Shown here: positions 38,899 through 54,491 of the stretch, piece by piece
How positions within the stretch are numbered: position 1 is the stretch's first letter
Layout of the letters: every line of letters begins with the position of its first letter
Assembly: GCA_013239625.1 (NCBI GenBank)
Contig: MU054001.1
Coordinates: 124,001 to 188,000 of the forward strand
Origin: Lama guanicoe
Lineage: Eukaryota
Direction: 5' to 3'
Length of the DNA: 64,000 nucleotides
Made by a program: the position numbers and the translations under genes
The notes under the pieces: generated by a model
Seen by the model: only the letters and a program-made list of their open reading frames with translations
What the model was told of the DNA's origin: nothing
Databases searched by the model: none

Positions 38899-40439
38899 TC
38901 CAAGCCTATCAGAGATTAATGTTCCCTGGCAACTGTAATTGATTCGGCGGTGGCCATGTGACCTCGTATTTCACATCTGGAGATCTCTCTCCCTCTCTTC
39001 TGCTGGATGTGGGCAAGGAAGTTTACAGCCCCGATTGCCACTGGCAGTCATCGTGTGGCCCTGCCTTAGGACAAAGTCAATACGGAGGACAGAAGTGGAC
39101 AAAGATTTCACTGAGTCAATGACCTTCTTTCTGCCCCTGGAGGCAGCCCAACCCCTGGACTCTGTACCACGTGGGAGTAATTTCTCTCCGTTGTTTAAGC
39201 TGGTTTGAGTTGGGGTTCTCTGTTACTTGCAGCCAAAACATCCTGCTACAGGAAAGCATCACAATCCTTATTTGGCAAATGATGCTCAGAGAGGTAATGG
39301 AATTACCGGGATTCAAATCCAGATCTGACTCTGAAGTCTGAGTTTTATTATCCAACAGCATTGCTTTTCTTGTCTCCTCACAATATCTAGCACCAATTTT
39401 TGCACGTGGTCAGGGCTGAAATATTTACTGATTAATTCAGCAAACCCATTAAACACTCATCAACATCTTTTTCAAAGAAAAGTGTGATGTGTCAGGCCAG
39501 GAATGGCTCCGACTTGGGCCCGGGCTCTGCGCCCTTTCCTAGCTCTGTACTCAGATCTGCATGTGTGGTCAGGATTTCCTTAGGGGGAAGTGCTCCAGAC
39601 TAAGGATTGTGCTGGGGAGTGGGGCCCCCAGACTCATCTCTTCCCAAGCCCTGTTGGGGGGGGCTGTAGGACAGCACGGACATCTGCTGTTACACATCCT
39701 GGTTGGAGCGTTCGTGGCCCGATGGACCTGACTTCTCATTGCATTTTTGAGTCTCAACTCTCTCTGCACTCTTGCGCTCTCCCTACTGGCATCTGCCCCC
39801 AGGCACTTAGCCCAGTGCCTGGAGTAGAGGAGGCCCTTTGCAAGAATTTTTGGAACATCTTCCAGCTCCCCCAGGCTTGCTGGTCCACCCGACATAAGCG
39901 TGGAACTTTCACATCTCTGCAGCTTTGCTCTTGCAGTTCTCTTGTTTCAAACGTTCCCCACTTGCCAGCCCCACCACTGTCCATCTGAATTAATGTCCTT
40001 GCTCCAGTGAGGCTTCCTCTCTGGAACTTTCCTCAGAAAATGAAAGTCGGAAGCGTCCACAGAGCATTTGGTCAATGCCTCTGTGGTCACATTTCTTTCA
40101 TTCTGCCATGCACGCTGTCAGTCCTGCTTGCTTCTGTTCCCCAAACCAGGCTGGGGGTGCTCAAACACTCATGTGCATCAGAATCACTGAGTGAATTTTC
40201 TAAAATGCAGATGCCTGGGACCCATTCCCTGAGACTCGAGTCAGAGGGCCTGGGATGGGGGCGGAAACCCACACTTTTAACACTCACACTCCAGGTGGTT
40301 CTGGTGTGGGAGATCCGCTGAGCTCTTTTTGAGAACACTGATCCAGGCAGTAAGTAGCCCCTCCGCCCCCAGCACAACACCCCCCACCCCCAGCTCCCAG
40401 AGCCTAGCAAAGGATTTGGCACAGTCGATGCCAAGTAGT

Positions 40440-40690
40440 CATTTGTTGATAATAACAGCTAGTATGACTGAGCACACTTAACTCTGTGTCAGGTGTTCTA
40501 AGCTCAGCTAATCCTTACAACAGCCCTACGAGACAGGCTGGACTATTAATCCCATTTTAGAGAAGAGGAAATTGAGGTCAAAAGAAGATACACAATTGCC
40601 TTGCCTATAATCATGCAACCAGTTAGTAGCAGGTCCAAGATTCTAACCCAGGCAATCCGGCTCCAGAGCCATTCTCTCAACTACTATGCT
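40440..40690 (-). mobile_element. MIR SINE (representative; similar copies at ~13430, 15410, 28580, 30020, 36205, 45150, 51940, 52720)
   Basis: MIR core CCCATTTTAGAGAAGAGGAAATTGAGG. Confidence 0.7.
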
Positions 40691-40714
40691 CTATGAATGA
40701 AGGTGCAGATGGAC

Positions 40715-40838
40715 ATGTGGATGGATGATGGATGAACTGACGGATATGGGATGATGGATGGAGAGATAATGGATGGATGGGTGGATAATGGATGATAGAT
40801 GGATAATAGGTAGATGGATGGATGGATGGTTGATGGAG
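40715..40838. repeat. Degenerate (GGAT)n simple repeat
   Basis: Repeated GATG/GGAT units. Confidence 0.85.
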
Positions 40839-41074
40839 GGATCCTTTAATGCAGTCCTAGATTCTGCCTGCCTCTAGGACAGTTGGGTGGACAGAGTGGG
40901 GGCCTTTATTTATAGCATGAAGGACACCACCTGTCTCTACCCTGTGGTTACTTGTTCCCCATACATAGAACATTTGAAGTCAGGGCCATTCCAGGAGAAG
41001 GCCTGTGGTAGACAGGATATTTTTCCCAATTCTTTCCTCCATCCCTATTTTAGAAATACACCTCCACGTGTGTT

Positions 41075-41411
41075 GTCATGTGACTTTGCAGAACCACCCC
41101 TTTGAGTGGGCGCTGGGCTTGGCCATATGATTGGCTTCAGCCAGTGGAATATTCTCAAACATGTTGAGAGTGGAGGCTTTACATGTACTTATGTGGTTTG
41201 GTCTGGCCTCCCGTGCTTCTGCCATCTGCCACGAGTAGCTGCTAATCCCAGGAGAACGAGGGACATGCAGAGCACCCCTGAGCCCAAACTGTAGCCCAAA
41301 GTCAAGATACCTAGTAGACCCACAGACTAGGAGAGAGCCCAGGAAATGCCTGCTGTGGTAGTCACCGAGATCCGGAGACTGTCTGACATGCAGCAAAAAT
41401 GGTCTAATACA
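41075..41411 (+). mobile_element. Old MaLR (MLT1-type) LTR fragment
   Basis: TGTGACTTTGCAG...GGCCATATGATTGGCTT...CAGCAAAAATGGTCTAATACA. Confidence 0.55.
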
Positions 41412-41517
41412 GGTCATCCTGGGAAGCCCCCAGTGGGGTCCTTGAGCAAAGGATGGGGGCAGGATAATGGGGAAGAGGCAGAGGGCAAGGAGGACAGGAA
41501 GCCAGCACTCGCACTCA

Positions 41518-41772
<255 letters not shown>

Positions 41773-42597
41773 TCAGTGTCAGCCCAAGGAAGGCAAGGAG
41801 ACAAGGAGTCAAGGAGACGGAACAGAAACCAGAGTCCTGAAGCCCTTTGCCTTTTATAAATGCTTTCCCAGTATTCCCCAAATCCGTCCTCTCCACGTCC
41901 CTGGGAGGAAGGCATCATTATAACCCCCATTTCACAGATGAGGAAACCGATGTCCAGAAAGGTAGTATGACCTGCCCAAGGATTCAAACCCAAAGCTTAG
42001 ATTCATGAGCCCACGAGAGTCCAGGCAGTCAGAGGGAACACGTGGGTCCAGCACTGGGGGTGACACTTTCTCAAGGGTTTACTCCTTCATTCCCTGGGAT
42101 AATCAGCCACAGTTTAGAGATGAGGAAACTGAGTCTGGAGAGGGAACAATCAGCTCCATCTCTTGCAGCTAGTGAGTGACAGAGGCCGCACTTGAACCCA
42201 GAGCCTCTCATTTCCACTGCAGTCCTTTCCCAAGTCTAATGTTCCCGACACTTTGTCACTCCAGGACCACTTTCACCATTTTGGCTTTATGCAGGTACCA
42301 TCAGTACCATTATATATTTACTTAAAAAAAAAACAAAAGGAATCACTTCGTAAACTCTGGCCTCATGGCAAGCATTAATAAAAATAAATGGTTTTGGGTA
42401 CTTGCTGTGTTGATCCTATTTCATGTTAAAAGAATTGTTAGGAAAACCAGAAACTTGCATTCCTGTATCATCAAGATCATTCCACACGCTGGGAAATTCT
42501 ACCCTGTATTGAGCTAACTCTCCTGGATTCCAAACCTCACCTGGAGGCTTACACCTGGTTGACCTTGGGCCAGAAGGGTTACCTTTCTCAGGCCTCA

Positions 42598-43107
<510 letters not shown>

Positions 43108-43552
43108 TCAAGCCTGGCCCCAGCGATGGAGACATTTGAGGACATCCCCATGGTGGTGCTGAGACCCTGGAAGTGGCATGTCCTGATTCTTCCTGCTCCC
43201 AAAATTCTGGGGTTAACAGACCACGCCTATTGCTTACAACTAGAGCCAGCCAAAGTCCCCTTGCCCTTTCCAGGTGGGCTGCATGTGTGCTATAAAGGAG
43301 AGAACACAGCACTTAAACAAATCTCTACTGAAAGTTCCATTTGTTAAAATTCCTGCTTCCTGGCTTTCTGTGTTTCTCTATAAAGACTAGAGGCAAAACC
43401 TGCTCTGAGGGGTATCCAAAGAGGTAAGACAGTGGTGAGAGACTGGCCCCGCGGGTCCACTGTTTCTGCCCCAGGGAAAGCAATAAAAAACTCTCACTTG
43501 GAGTAGCTGCCCAGGCTCAGCCACAGACAGCAGGTAAACCCTATGTCACACG

Positions 43553-43887
43553 CTGTTGTGGCTTGAATCGTGTTCCCCCAAAGGACAGATTCAAGTCCTA
43601 ACTTGACCGTGACCTTCTTTGGAAATAGCATCTCTGCAGATAAGTTAGGATGTAAGTGAAAATGAAGCCATCCTGGAGTAGGGTGGACCCTTAAGGACCC
43701 ATGTTCTTATCAGGAGAGATGCATAGGGATGAACACATATGGCCAGGTAACAATGGACGGATGTGGCCTTACTGACACCTTGATTTTAGACTTCTAGGTG
43801 ACTCCCTAAGGACAAGAGATACATTTCCACTGTTTTAAGCCACCTGGTTTGTGGTACTGTGTTCTGCCGGCCCCAGGAAACTAATAT
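43553..43887 (+). mobile_element. MaLR (MLT1-type) solo LTR
   Basis: TTGAATCGTGTTCCCCCAAA start, ACACCTTGATTTTAGACTTCT, TTTAAGCCACC...GGAAACTAATA end. Confidence 0.7.
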
Positions 43888-44824
43888 GCACCCAGGGTGC
43901 ACCCAGCCAGCTTTGGAGCCTTAAACCATTCCAGCAGGTGAAACATCCCACCTTAGGGAGAGGCTGGAGCAGAGCAGGTAAAATCAGGACATTTCCTAGC
44001 ATGGCATTTGGCGGAGGGTAAGAAAAACTCCTTTGACACAACATTCAATATATGTAAAATAAATAAATACATAAAATTAAAAAATAAGTAAGTAAAACCT
44101 CCTTTGGTCAGCCTCTATCAGTTGGCATTCTTCAAGTTCCATCTCATTGGGAGTTAAAAAAGAAAAAAAGGAACATAAGGATGGGCCGACCTAATTCTGG
44201 CCGGCCAGGGACCAGTGCACTCACCTGGCCATCTGGAGCTCTGAGCCCAATGACACTGGGTCCTGCAGACTAGAGTGGGCACAGTCCCCCACAAGGACCC
44301 TGCTCACTGCACTGACCACACAGTACGGTCATGGCCTGTCTCCTGGACACTCTTTCACTCCAGCCTATGAGTCCTGGAGGGCAGGGAGCCACCCCAGGCA
44401 GCTGTGTTTTCAGCACCTGACACTGACAAGGACTCCTCCATTCACAATTTGGCAAAGGATGGTGTGGATGGGGTGGATGGGGCAGGGAGGGTGGGCTCTG
44501 GGGGCTCCCCTGTGCTATGTGGAGGGTGGGGGTGGGGCAAGGATGAGGCTCCTCCCATTTTCTTCTCTTTTCCTGCCCAGGGTTCCTACGCCCAGCACTG
44601 AGACATTTTCGGCAGTGACAGCCCCACCTGGAGGGGTGGAGAGATGGAAAGAAAGCAGCATCTCCTCGGGAAAGCTCCTTTCCATGCAGGAAGCGGGTAC
44701 TGGGATGGATGGGGTCTTATTTTGGAGGCCATGTCTCCATCTCACGTCTAAGCAGGGGACGGGTCTCCCCTGGAATGGGCAGCATCTCTACCAGGGTGGG
44801 TGGGCATCTGGGAGGCAGTGTCTA

Positions 44825-45259
<435 letters not shown>

Positions 45260-45874
45260 TCAAGGACGGGGAGCCTGGAGCTCAGAGAGATGAAGTAACT
45301 TGCCCGAGAGGATACTACTGGGAAGTGGCAGGGCTGGGATTCGAACCCAGGCAGCCAGATTCCTGAGCTTTAATTAGCCACCCATGGATGGGGCCACAGG
45401 GGCCAGAGGCAAAGGGAGCTGGGCAGAGCTGATGATGGCAACACACTTGCCTAGGGCAGGAGACCCATCACAGACAGTCCTGCGGAAGGCCTACCTGTGC
45501 CTCCTGCAGAGAGCAGGTGCTCAGTAAATACCTGTTGGAGGGAGGGAGGAGGAAGGGAGGCCTTACTGAAAAAGAGACTAAAAAACTGAGATACAGAGTA
45601 AGACAAAGAAAGGCTGGGAAGAGAGACTTTGAGATTGGAGAGAGGAAGAGACCACTGTCAGGGGGCCTGAAAGAAGGTGGGTCACTCAGAGAGGGTCCTG
45701 GGCGGGACTGACATCAGGCATCACCAATTCGGCCGAAATGGCCTTTGGTGCCCAACGTCTGTGCTGTAGCAGCTGCTAAGTGTCCTGCCTAGCACCTCTG
45801 TCCTGGGGAAAGGGGGTGAGGAGGGGGCTATCAGCGGTTTTCTACCAGAGGGCAGGGAGAAGCATGACACCCAC

Positions 45875-46048
45875 CAGTCTCAGGGCAGAAGCCGTACTTC
45901 TTGTCGCGGTCGTAGTCCTCAGTGGTACCGCACCAGCGGTAGCCGTCAGTACGGCCCTCCGTGGTACAGCTGTCATAGGATGTGCCCTGGAAGCGGAATG
46001 GGAACTTGCAGGGCTGACCGTCGGCGTTGCCACCCATAGTGAACAAGG
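45875..46048 (-). CDS. MMP2: MMP2 exon 6 (fibronectin type II repeat 2)
   Basis: [57 protein letters not shown]. Confidence 0.97.
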
Positions 46049-48146
46049 CTGGGGGGAGGAAAGAGCGAATGTGAGAGATACCACCCACCTGCCCATCCCT
46101 GGACACCTGCGTGGGCACAGAGCTGGCTGGCTCCCCACCTGCAGGCTCACACCAGGGAAGTTGTAGCATTGGTAAAATATTAAAAAACATCTACACGGGC
46201 TGGCGACTTGCTGCTTCTCTGAGCTGCCATGGGTAACTACCCCTACCTCCCTGGCCAACCCCATTCTTCCTGTGGGAATTGATGGACCCCCACCCCACCC
46301 CAGCAATACAACAGTTAACACTTGGCACCCAGCAGGGGGCCTCCAGACTCTGCCTCAGCCCCAGTCCACTCTTGTGCCCCTACATCCACAGTGGGCAGGA
46401 GAGCAAGAGCCTCTCCATTTGACAGACAGGGAAACTGGGGTTCGGAGAAAGCTGATTCTGGAACTGCTCATGGTCACAGAAACAGGAAAACTGGATGAGA
46501 GCTGTAACTGAAAACTACAGAACACCCTCATCTCACCCTCTCCCTGGCTCACTCTCTGTCACACACGCGCGTGCGCACACACAGAGAAAGCTTCACTTCC
46601 TTTCAACCTCCCCCACCACCACCTTCCTGGATGCTGTGGTCCCTGCAGGAGGGAGAGGAGGGGGAGGGAGGGAGGAGGAGAAGGTGGTATCTTTGGGAAC
46701 CTTTTAACACACACCCAGGCTCCCACTCTGACATGCGCCATGATTGGAGAGTTCAGGGGAGAGAGGAGGATTAAGAGTCTGGGCTTGTCTGTCTTGGGTT
46801 CTCCCCCTGCTCCCCCGTACCCTCATCCACCCCAAAGCTACAAAATGGTGCATCTCTTGATTTGCCAACTCGCAAAACCACAAGTGCGTAACAAGGACCA
46901 TCTGTGCACAACGGAGCCAGAGGTGACCTCACCAGCCCCCATTAACTCCATCATGGCCAGAAGACAGCCTGGTCCCTGGCCCCCCACCACAGGTCTCGGG
47001 GCCCCACACCCTCACTGCTCCTCTCTTCCCACCCCAGCGACCTTCTCCTGCCACACCAAGAACAACGGGACTAAAGGAGGAGGCAACACTAAGGTCAGTT
47101 GCCTTGGTAGCCTCAAAGTGGGAAAGGCAAAGTGTTAACCTCGATGGAGACCAGTCTCCGCCTCTGGCCTCCCAACAGCTACACTTCTACCACCCAGGAA
47201 GCCCCTATCTCTCCTCAGATCCTGCCCCCAAAGGGATGGAGAGAGGCAGACACTGACTCAGCAGTCAGGAGGGGCTGAGTAACCAGCACCTCTGCCGCAA
47301 GACCCAAACACGTGCATGTCGTGCGAACTTGCATCTGGCTAAAGACCAAGTAAATGGCTAATGTCCAGAGCAGGGAAAAACCCTTCCCAAACTTACAAAT
47401 TACATCTGCTCCCATTTCTATTAACAAAACATTCAGTTCTGATCACAGGGGTTGATACGTGGGAGGGTTAACGCCACCTGAATCCCTACTGGGAAATGCA
47501 AGACATATGAAATATATTTGTTTTTAAATATTGCTGACTTTCTGGTCAGTGCTTTGAACTCTTACTTAATACAAAGCATTGCGTGAGCTTTGGTACTAAA
47601 AGTGTAAACAGGAGCACAGTTAATTCACTCTTTGTTTCTTTCCCTCTGTCAGCATGGCTGGTGCTCAGGGTTCAGTAAAGTCAGAGAGATTCACAAACAT
47701 GTAAAACTACAGCCAAGAAGACAGAGGAATCTATATATCCGTAGATCAAGTGGTCTTTATGAGATGGGGAAGAAAAAAGTATTTTAAAAAATTTCAAATT
47801 TTCTCCCATTTTCCCTACATTTTCTGGGCTTTCAATCTGGAGAATCATTAAACACAGTAACTTGATCGAGTATGAAGTTGTATGTGCTGTCTTTTTATGA
47901 TTTTTGAAGTGTCAAGGGTGTACTAAAAAAGGATTGAGTGTGTATTTCATACCCTTACTCCTTTGAAAAACTACTTCCTCTACATGGCTTCAAAATATAT
48001 GAAAATCTTGTCTCAGGCATTGACAAAAACACACACACAAATACTGTCAAACCTAATGCCTTTGTCAAGACACAGAGATGCAGACACAAGCAAAGACAGA
48101 TGGAGACCAAGAGAGGGAGAGGCAGATGGAACAGCCCTCGTGCCCA

Positions 48147-48147
<1 letters not shown>

Positions 48148-48186
<39 letters not shown>
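48148..48186. repeat. (CA)n microsatellite
   Basis: About 19 uninterrupted AC units. Confidence 0.95.
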
Positions 48187-48190
<4 letters not shown>

Positions 48191-48413
48191 CAGCATGACA
48201 ATCAGGAGTAATGGCTGAAACTCCTGGGGTCAGTGTCCCCAAGCCAGGTTGGGTACCAACCTCTGTGTCTGAGTCTTGCCTCCCATTCCACTGCTAGGCT
48301 TCTGATCCATCCCTAAGCTTCTACTCATGCCCTTGAACCCCTAATCCTACTAGAGTGAAGAGAGTGATTCTGAAGAGAACCATTGGGCATTTTAATCATT
48401 CTAAGTTCATTCT

Positions 48414-48580
48414 TTTTTTTTTAACTCATTTTTAAAATTTTTTATTTTATTTTTACATTGGGGGGGGAGGGGTAATTTATTCATTTATTTGCTTGTTTAT
48501 TTTTAGAGGAGGTACTGGAGATTGAACCCAGGACCTCGTGCATGCTAACCATTCACTCTACCACTTGAGCTACACCCCCC
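48414..48580 (-). mobile_element. tRNA-derived SINE (same family) in MMP2 intron 5
   Basis: Reverse-complement A/B boxes; 17-bp TSD CATTCTAAGTT(C/A)ATTCT at 48397-48413 and 48581-48597. Confidence 0.88.
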
Positions 48581-48711
48581 CATTCTAAGTTAATTCTAAT
48601 GCATGTTAGAAAAAAATAATTAGCACGTCAAACCTGCTATTTGAAAAATATTATGGCTAATGGCGAAACTTAAAAAAGGGAATTGGTTTAATCAAAGTAT
48701 TAAGTGAATCA

Positions 48712-49068
<357 letters not shown>

Positions 49069-49159
49069 TCAGCCTCTCCAGGCCTTTCTTTGGAGACTAT
49101 GAGTCTCACTCACCCGGGTGTGTGACCTCCCTCCTCCTCCCATCTCTCTGGTCCCATCA

Positions 49160-49486
<327 letters not shown>

Positions 49487-50079
49487 TTAGCCCACCCCCT
49501 AGCATCTGTCCCCATCCCCAGTCCCAGCTGGGTTATCCAGGACTGGGGACAGAATGAGTCAACAGAGTTGCTGACTTGATTGTTGCCATCCTACGGTCTA
49601 CACCACTCCAAGTCTACACTACTTCATTGTCTACACTACTGCCAATGACACCATACCTACTCACATATCTACACTGCCACACCAGTGTCCTCAGCACCCA
49701 TCCTCCTATCCTCATTGTCCCCAGTGTCTAAACCATCTACACTCACGCCCACGCTGCTCTCTTAGCCGTATCACCTACCTTCATGTCATCACCAATACTA
49801 TCACCAACACCCACAGCACTAACCCTCGAAACCCCTTTGCCCCCCAGGGCCACCCCACCTACCCACATCTACATTGTCTCCTGTGCCTATGACACTTACC
49901 CTTGTCACATACTACTCAGTATGTCTACACTGCCTACCTACATGTCTACACTACTGCCAGTGTTCCCACCACCAGCCAGCATGGCGCCCCTGACCCTGGG
50001 TTCTATTCCACTTACTTTCAAGTCTACCCTGCTCCATAGTATCTGACCCACTCTCGTATCAGGGTTCCTCGGCGTCTAC

Positions 50080-50276
50080 CAGTGTTATCCAACAGAACGT
50101 CCCGCGTGATGGGAACATGCTTTGTCCAGTTTAACAGGCACTAGCCTCACGTGGCTCCTGAGCACTAGAAATGTGGCTAGTGTGACCACAAAACTGAATT
50201 TTAAATTTTATTTAATTTTAGCTAATTTAGAAGCCAGTAGCCCTATGAACCCAAGGGCTATCATATTGGACAGTGA
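50080..50276. mobile_element. MER3-like hAT MITE
   Basis: CAGTGTTATCCAA...ATTGGACAGTG termini; GAAATGTGGCTAGTGTGAC core. Confidence 0.65.
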
Positions 50277-50474
50277 GGACAGACCACTGCTTTCTGGTTC
50301 ACACTGCCTCCGGGGAATACCCAGGGTCACATCCTCGCCTTCACATTCATGCGGCAGACGCTAGTCTGCTCCCATCCACACCACTCCAGTGTTTACATCT
50401 CTGCCCTCCTAGCTAAGCTGGAAAGGAGCCTCCTGTGCCTCTTTAATGTCCAGATCACCCCTGTCTCTACACTA

Positions 50475-50889
<415 letters not shown>

Positions 50890-51435
50890 AGAGCAGAGCT
50901 CGCTGGGAGAAGAGCCCACCCAGAATGCCTTGAGGGCCCATGAAGTCTTAGATCAGCCCGGATCCGTCCTAGCAGTCTCTGCATTCCGGGGGGCTGGTGG
51001 GGAGGGAAGGGGTATAGATAGTGAATTACGGGACACAGCAGAGATCTCATGCTTGGAATCCAGCACTAGTCATTCAGCACGGAGCTCTCAGCCCAGTTAA
51101 CAGCCAATTATAACAACTCTATAATATTAAACCTAATTAGCAACTGATCAAGTTCGCTTTACCTGCCCCATGACCCCACCTACCAGTAGTAGTGACTAGC
51201 GTTTATTACACTCTTACTAAACGCTGGACACCGTGAAAGCCCTTTACGTACGTGATCCAGTTCCCAACCAACCTACGAGGAAGGTTTTGCTTTAACCCCA
51301 TTTTGTAGATTGGAAAACCAAGGCTCAGCAGACTGAAAAGGAAGCAGCCCAATGCCCCAAAGCCGGTAAGTGTGAGATTCAAGTCCTGGTCTGTCCGACG
51401 CCTGTTCCTAAAGCACTTTGTACGCAGACTCCTTA

Positions 51436-51816
<381 letters not shown>

Positions 51817-54335
51817 TTAGGATGGTACAGTATAGACCAAAGGAGTCACAAACGCAAGGGCACTGGGTGGAGCCCTGGGTTACCCCACTAGCTGAGTGGC
51901 ATAAAAGGTAAAGGGGGCATGGTTTGGGAGCACAAGTTGGGTGCTTACTATATGCCCAGGCACGGATGTCAGCAAGTATTAACTTATTTAATTTAATGCT
52001 CACAGCAACTCTACAGTGTTGACATTATTACTATCTCCATCATACAGAGGAAACTAAAGCAGAGAGGTTAAGAAACTTGCCTAAGATCACACAGCTCACA
52101 GAGGGCAGAACTGAACTCAAACCTGAGAAGTCTGGCTCCAGGAACTGTACCCTCTACCACCCCATCTCCTTCCATCAACTCTTTTAATCCAACAAACTGC
52201 TGATGACATAGGGATGATTTTCCTCACTTTTCTTATAAGGAGATTCAAAGGCTATGTGCGTCGACTTCAGCAACAGACAGACCTGGGTTCAAATCCTGGA
52301 TCTAACATTTCCCAAAAGAAAACAGTCCTGTCCTTCGGGTACTGTGCAGCCAGCTCAGCCCAAACTGAGGCCACAATCAAACAGGCCCCTGCAGGGGAGC
52401 GGGGACCAGTCAGCTAGCTCATTTATTTGTTCAACAAATACTTTTTGACACTTCCAAGGTGCCACGCCCTGTGCTAGTGCTGGTGGGGGTCAAGTGGTGT
52501 GCACAACAGACGTTTCTAGTCTCTAGGGTTTGAATCCCAGTGTGGGGAGGCTGAAGGACCAAATAAATGCAAAATTAATTATGTGATAGAAACGGCAGAA
52601 GGAGCCAGGAAATCTTATCACTGGCATCATAACCTTGCTTCAGAGGGTAGTTAGGAAAAGGAAAATAGAGGTGCAATAATAATAATAGTAGTTGTTGTTA
52701 TAATGACAAATGATTATTGATTGTTTACCATGTCTCAGGTGCCCTTCAAAGTGTCTAAGACTACCTCTCCTTTAACCCTGAAACAGGCACCATTTTTACC
52801 CTCAGTTTGCAGAAGAAGCCAAAACTGAGAAGTGAAGTCACTTGCTCCAGATTTACCAGGCCAGTTAATCAGTGCACCCACTGATCTGAAGCCAGGCAGT
52901 CTAAGTCTAGAGCCTGGTTTCTCAACCCCCCCCCCACTGCACTGCCCCTGGGCTCCATGGACTTCCGTATTCTGTAGAGGGTATATGGGAACCCAGTGCT
53001 CCAAAGCTGCTCCCTCACTCTCACCCCCAGTCCCATCATTAGGCAGACCAGCTCCAGACCCGTGAGAAAAGTAGCCCCCTAAACGTGTACGGTCTCCTAA
53101 CCTATTTATCCAGAAAGGGCAGAGACCTAGATGCTGGAAAAGTGGCAAGGGTACTGTCACAGCCTGACAAGTGGTTCCCTGGGTGGGTCCGGCTGAAGGA
53201 GGGTAAGGGCTTTGAAGGAGAACCGGGCTGGAAGGAACATCTTGAGGGGTCCCCAGACCCAGGCCTTTCGGCTGCCCCCATCCCTGCTAGTGCAACGCCG
53301 TGGCCAGAATGCCCCTCAGGCCAGGAGCGCCCGCGCGCTCTCGCAAAACAACATACGAGCCGCAGCTCGGAGACCCGCCAGGAGGGAGGGCTCCCTGGCG
53401 GCTCTCCGACCCAAGCCCAGCTCGGTCCGCCCCCGCCCCACGCGCCGGAGCCCTCGTGCTGGCCCTCCCTCCGCCCTGCCCGCCAGTTCTCTCTGTCCTC
53501 CGACCCCTTTGGAGAAGTTCGAGGAAACTTTCCAAGATCTAACCCTTGACCCTCTTTGACCAATTTGTTCACTGAACCATTCGAAAAAGATGCGCCGTCC
53601 GCGTCCCTCCAGCTCCAAATATTCGCCAAAAATGGCCAGTAGAGAGGTTTGTCCAAGGCCCCTCTCCAGATGTGTGCCAAAGGTCCCAGATGTTTGCCAA
53701 GTCCCGTTCTGCCCAGAGCACTCACGCTCGTGTGTGCGAAAATTTATCCAACTCATGTGCCAAAAGACCCTCTCCCCTAAATCCTACTAGGGTTTAAAGG
53801 ATCCGCTACCATTTGCAAGACACCCCTTTGGGCTTTTTGCCAAAGGCCTACCAGCACTCTGTCCAAGGGCCTGGTTAGTCAACCCTCCAGATGTGTCCAA
53901 AAGTTGTTTACAAAGCCGCCCCCTTTGCAAAATCTCAGATACTAGACAATGTCCTTGTTATTTGCTAAAGGGGCCCTTTCCAGGGGTTTGCCAAAGCACT
54001 CCCTTCCCCGCCCCCGCTGGCGGCTCGCCCCCCTGCTGGGTCCTGAAAGTTGCCAAGTTTTTTATCAAAGGCCTTCCCCTCTTACTAAAGTTCCCCTGAG
54101 GTTTGCCAAAGAGATCCCTCCTTCTGCTGGCCAAGGACCACCCCAGGCTGTTTACTGAAGCCCATCCCCCACGCTGTGCGCCCACCCTGGGGATGGGGGA
54201 GGAGTGGGGGAGGGGTGGCGGGAAGACCCCCCCCCCCCCCGCCAGCCTCCGGAGGTGGGGTGGTGGGAAGTCCCTCATCCTCCACCTCCTAAATTTGTCT
54301 AAACTTGGCTCGATGAGGCCAGCACAGCAACTCAC

Positions 54336-54491
54336 CACAGCCAACTCTTTGTCCGTTTTGGGGGCGACATCTCCAGGGAACTTGATGATGGGCGACGGCG
54401 CGGCGGCGGCGCGGCCCAACAGGCAGCCCAGGACGCAGAGCGCCCGCAGGGGGCTGGCGAGCGCGCCCCGGGCCACTCGCGCCTTGGTCAT
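54336..54491 (-). CDS. MMP2: MMP2 exon 1 coding part (signal peptide, start of propeptide)
   Basis: [61 protein letters not shown] donor. Confidence 0.96.

Noticed and set aside
53102..53725. 207-aa ORF in MMP2 intron 1
   Set aside because: Stop-poor CpG-rich sequence giving a low-complexity G/R/P peptide
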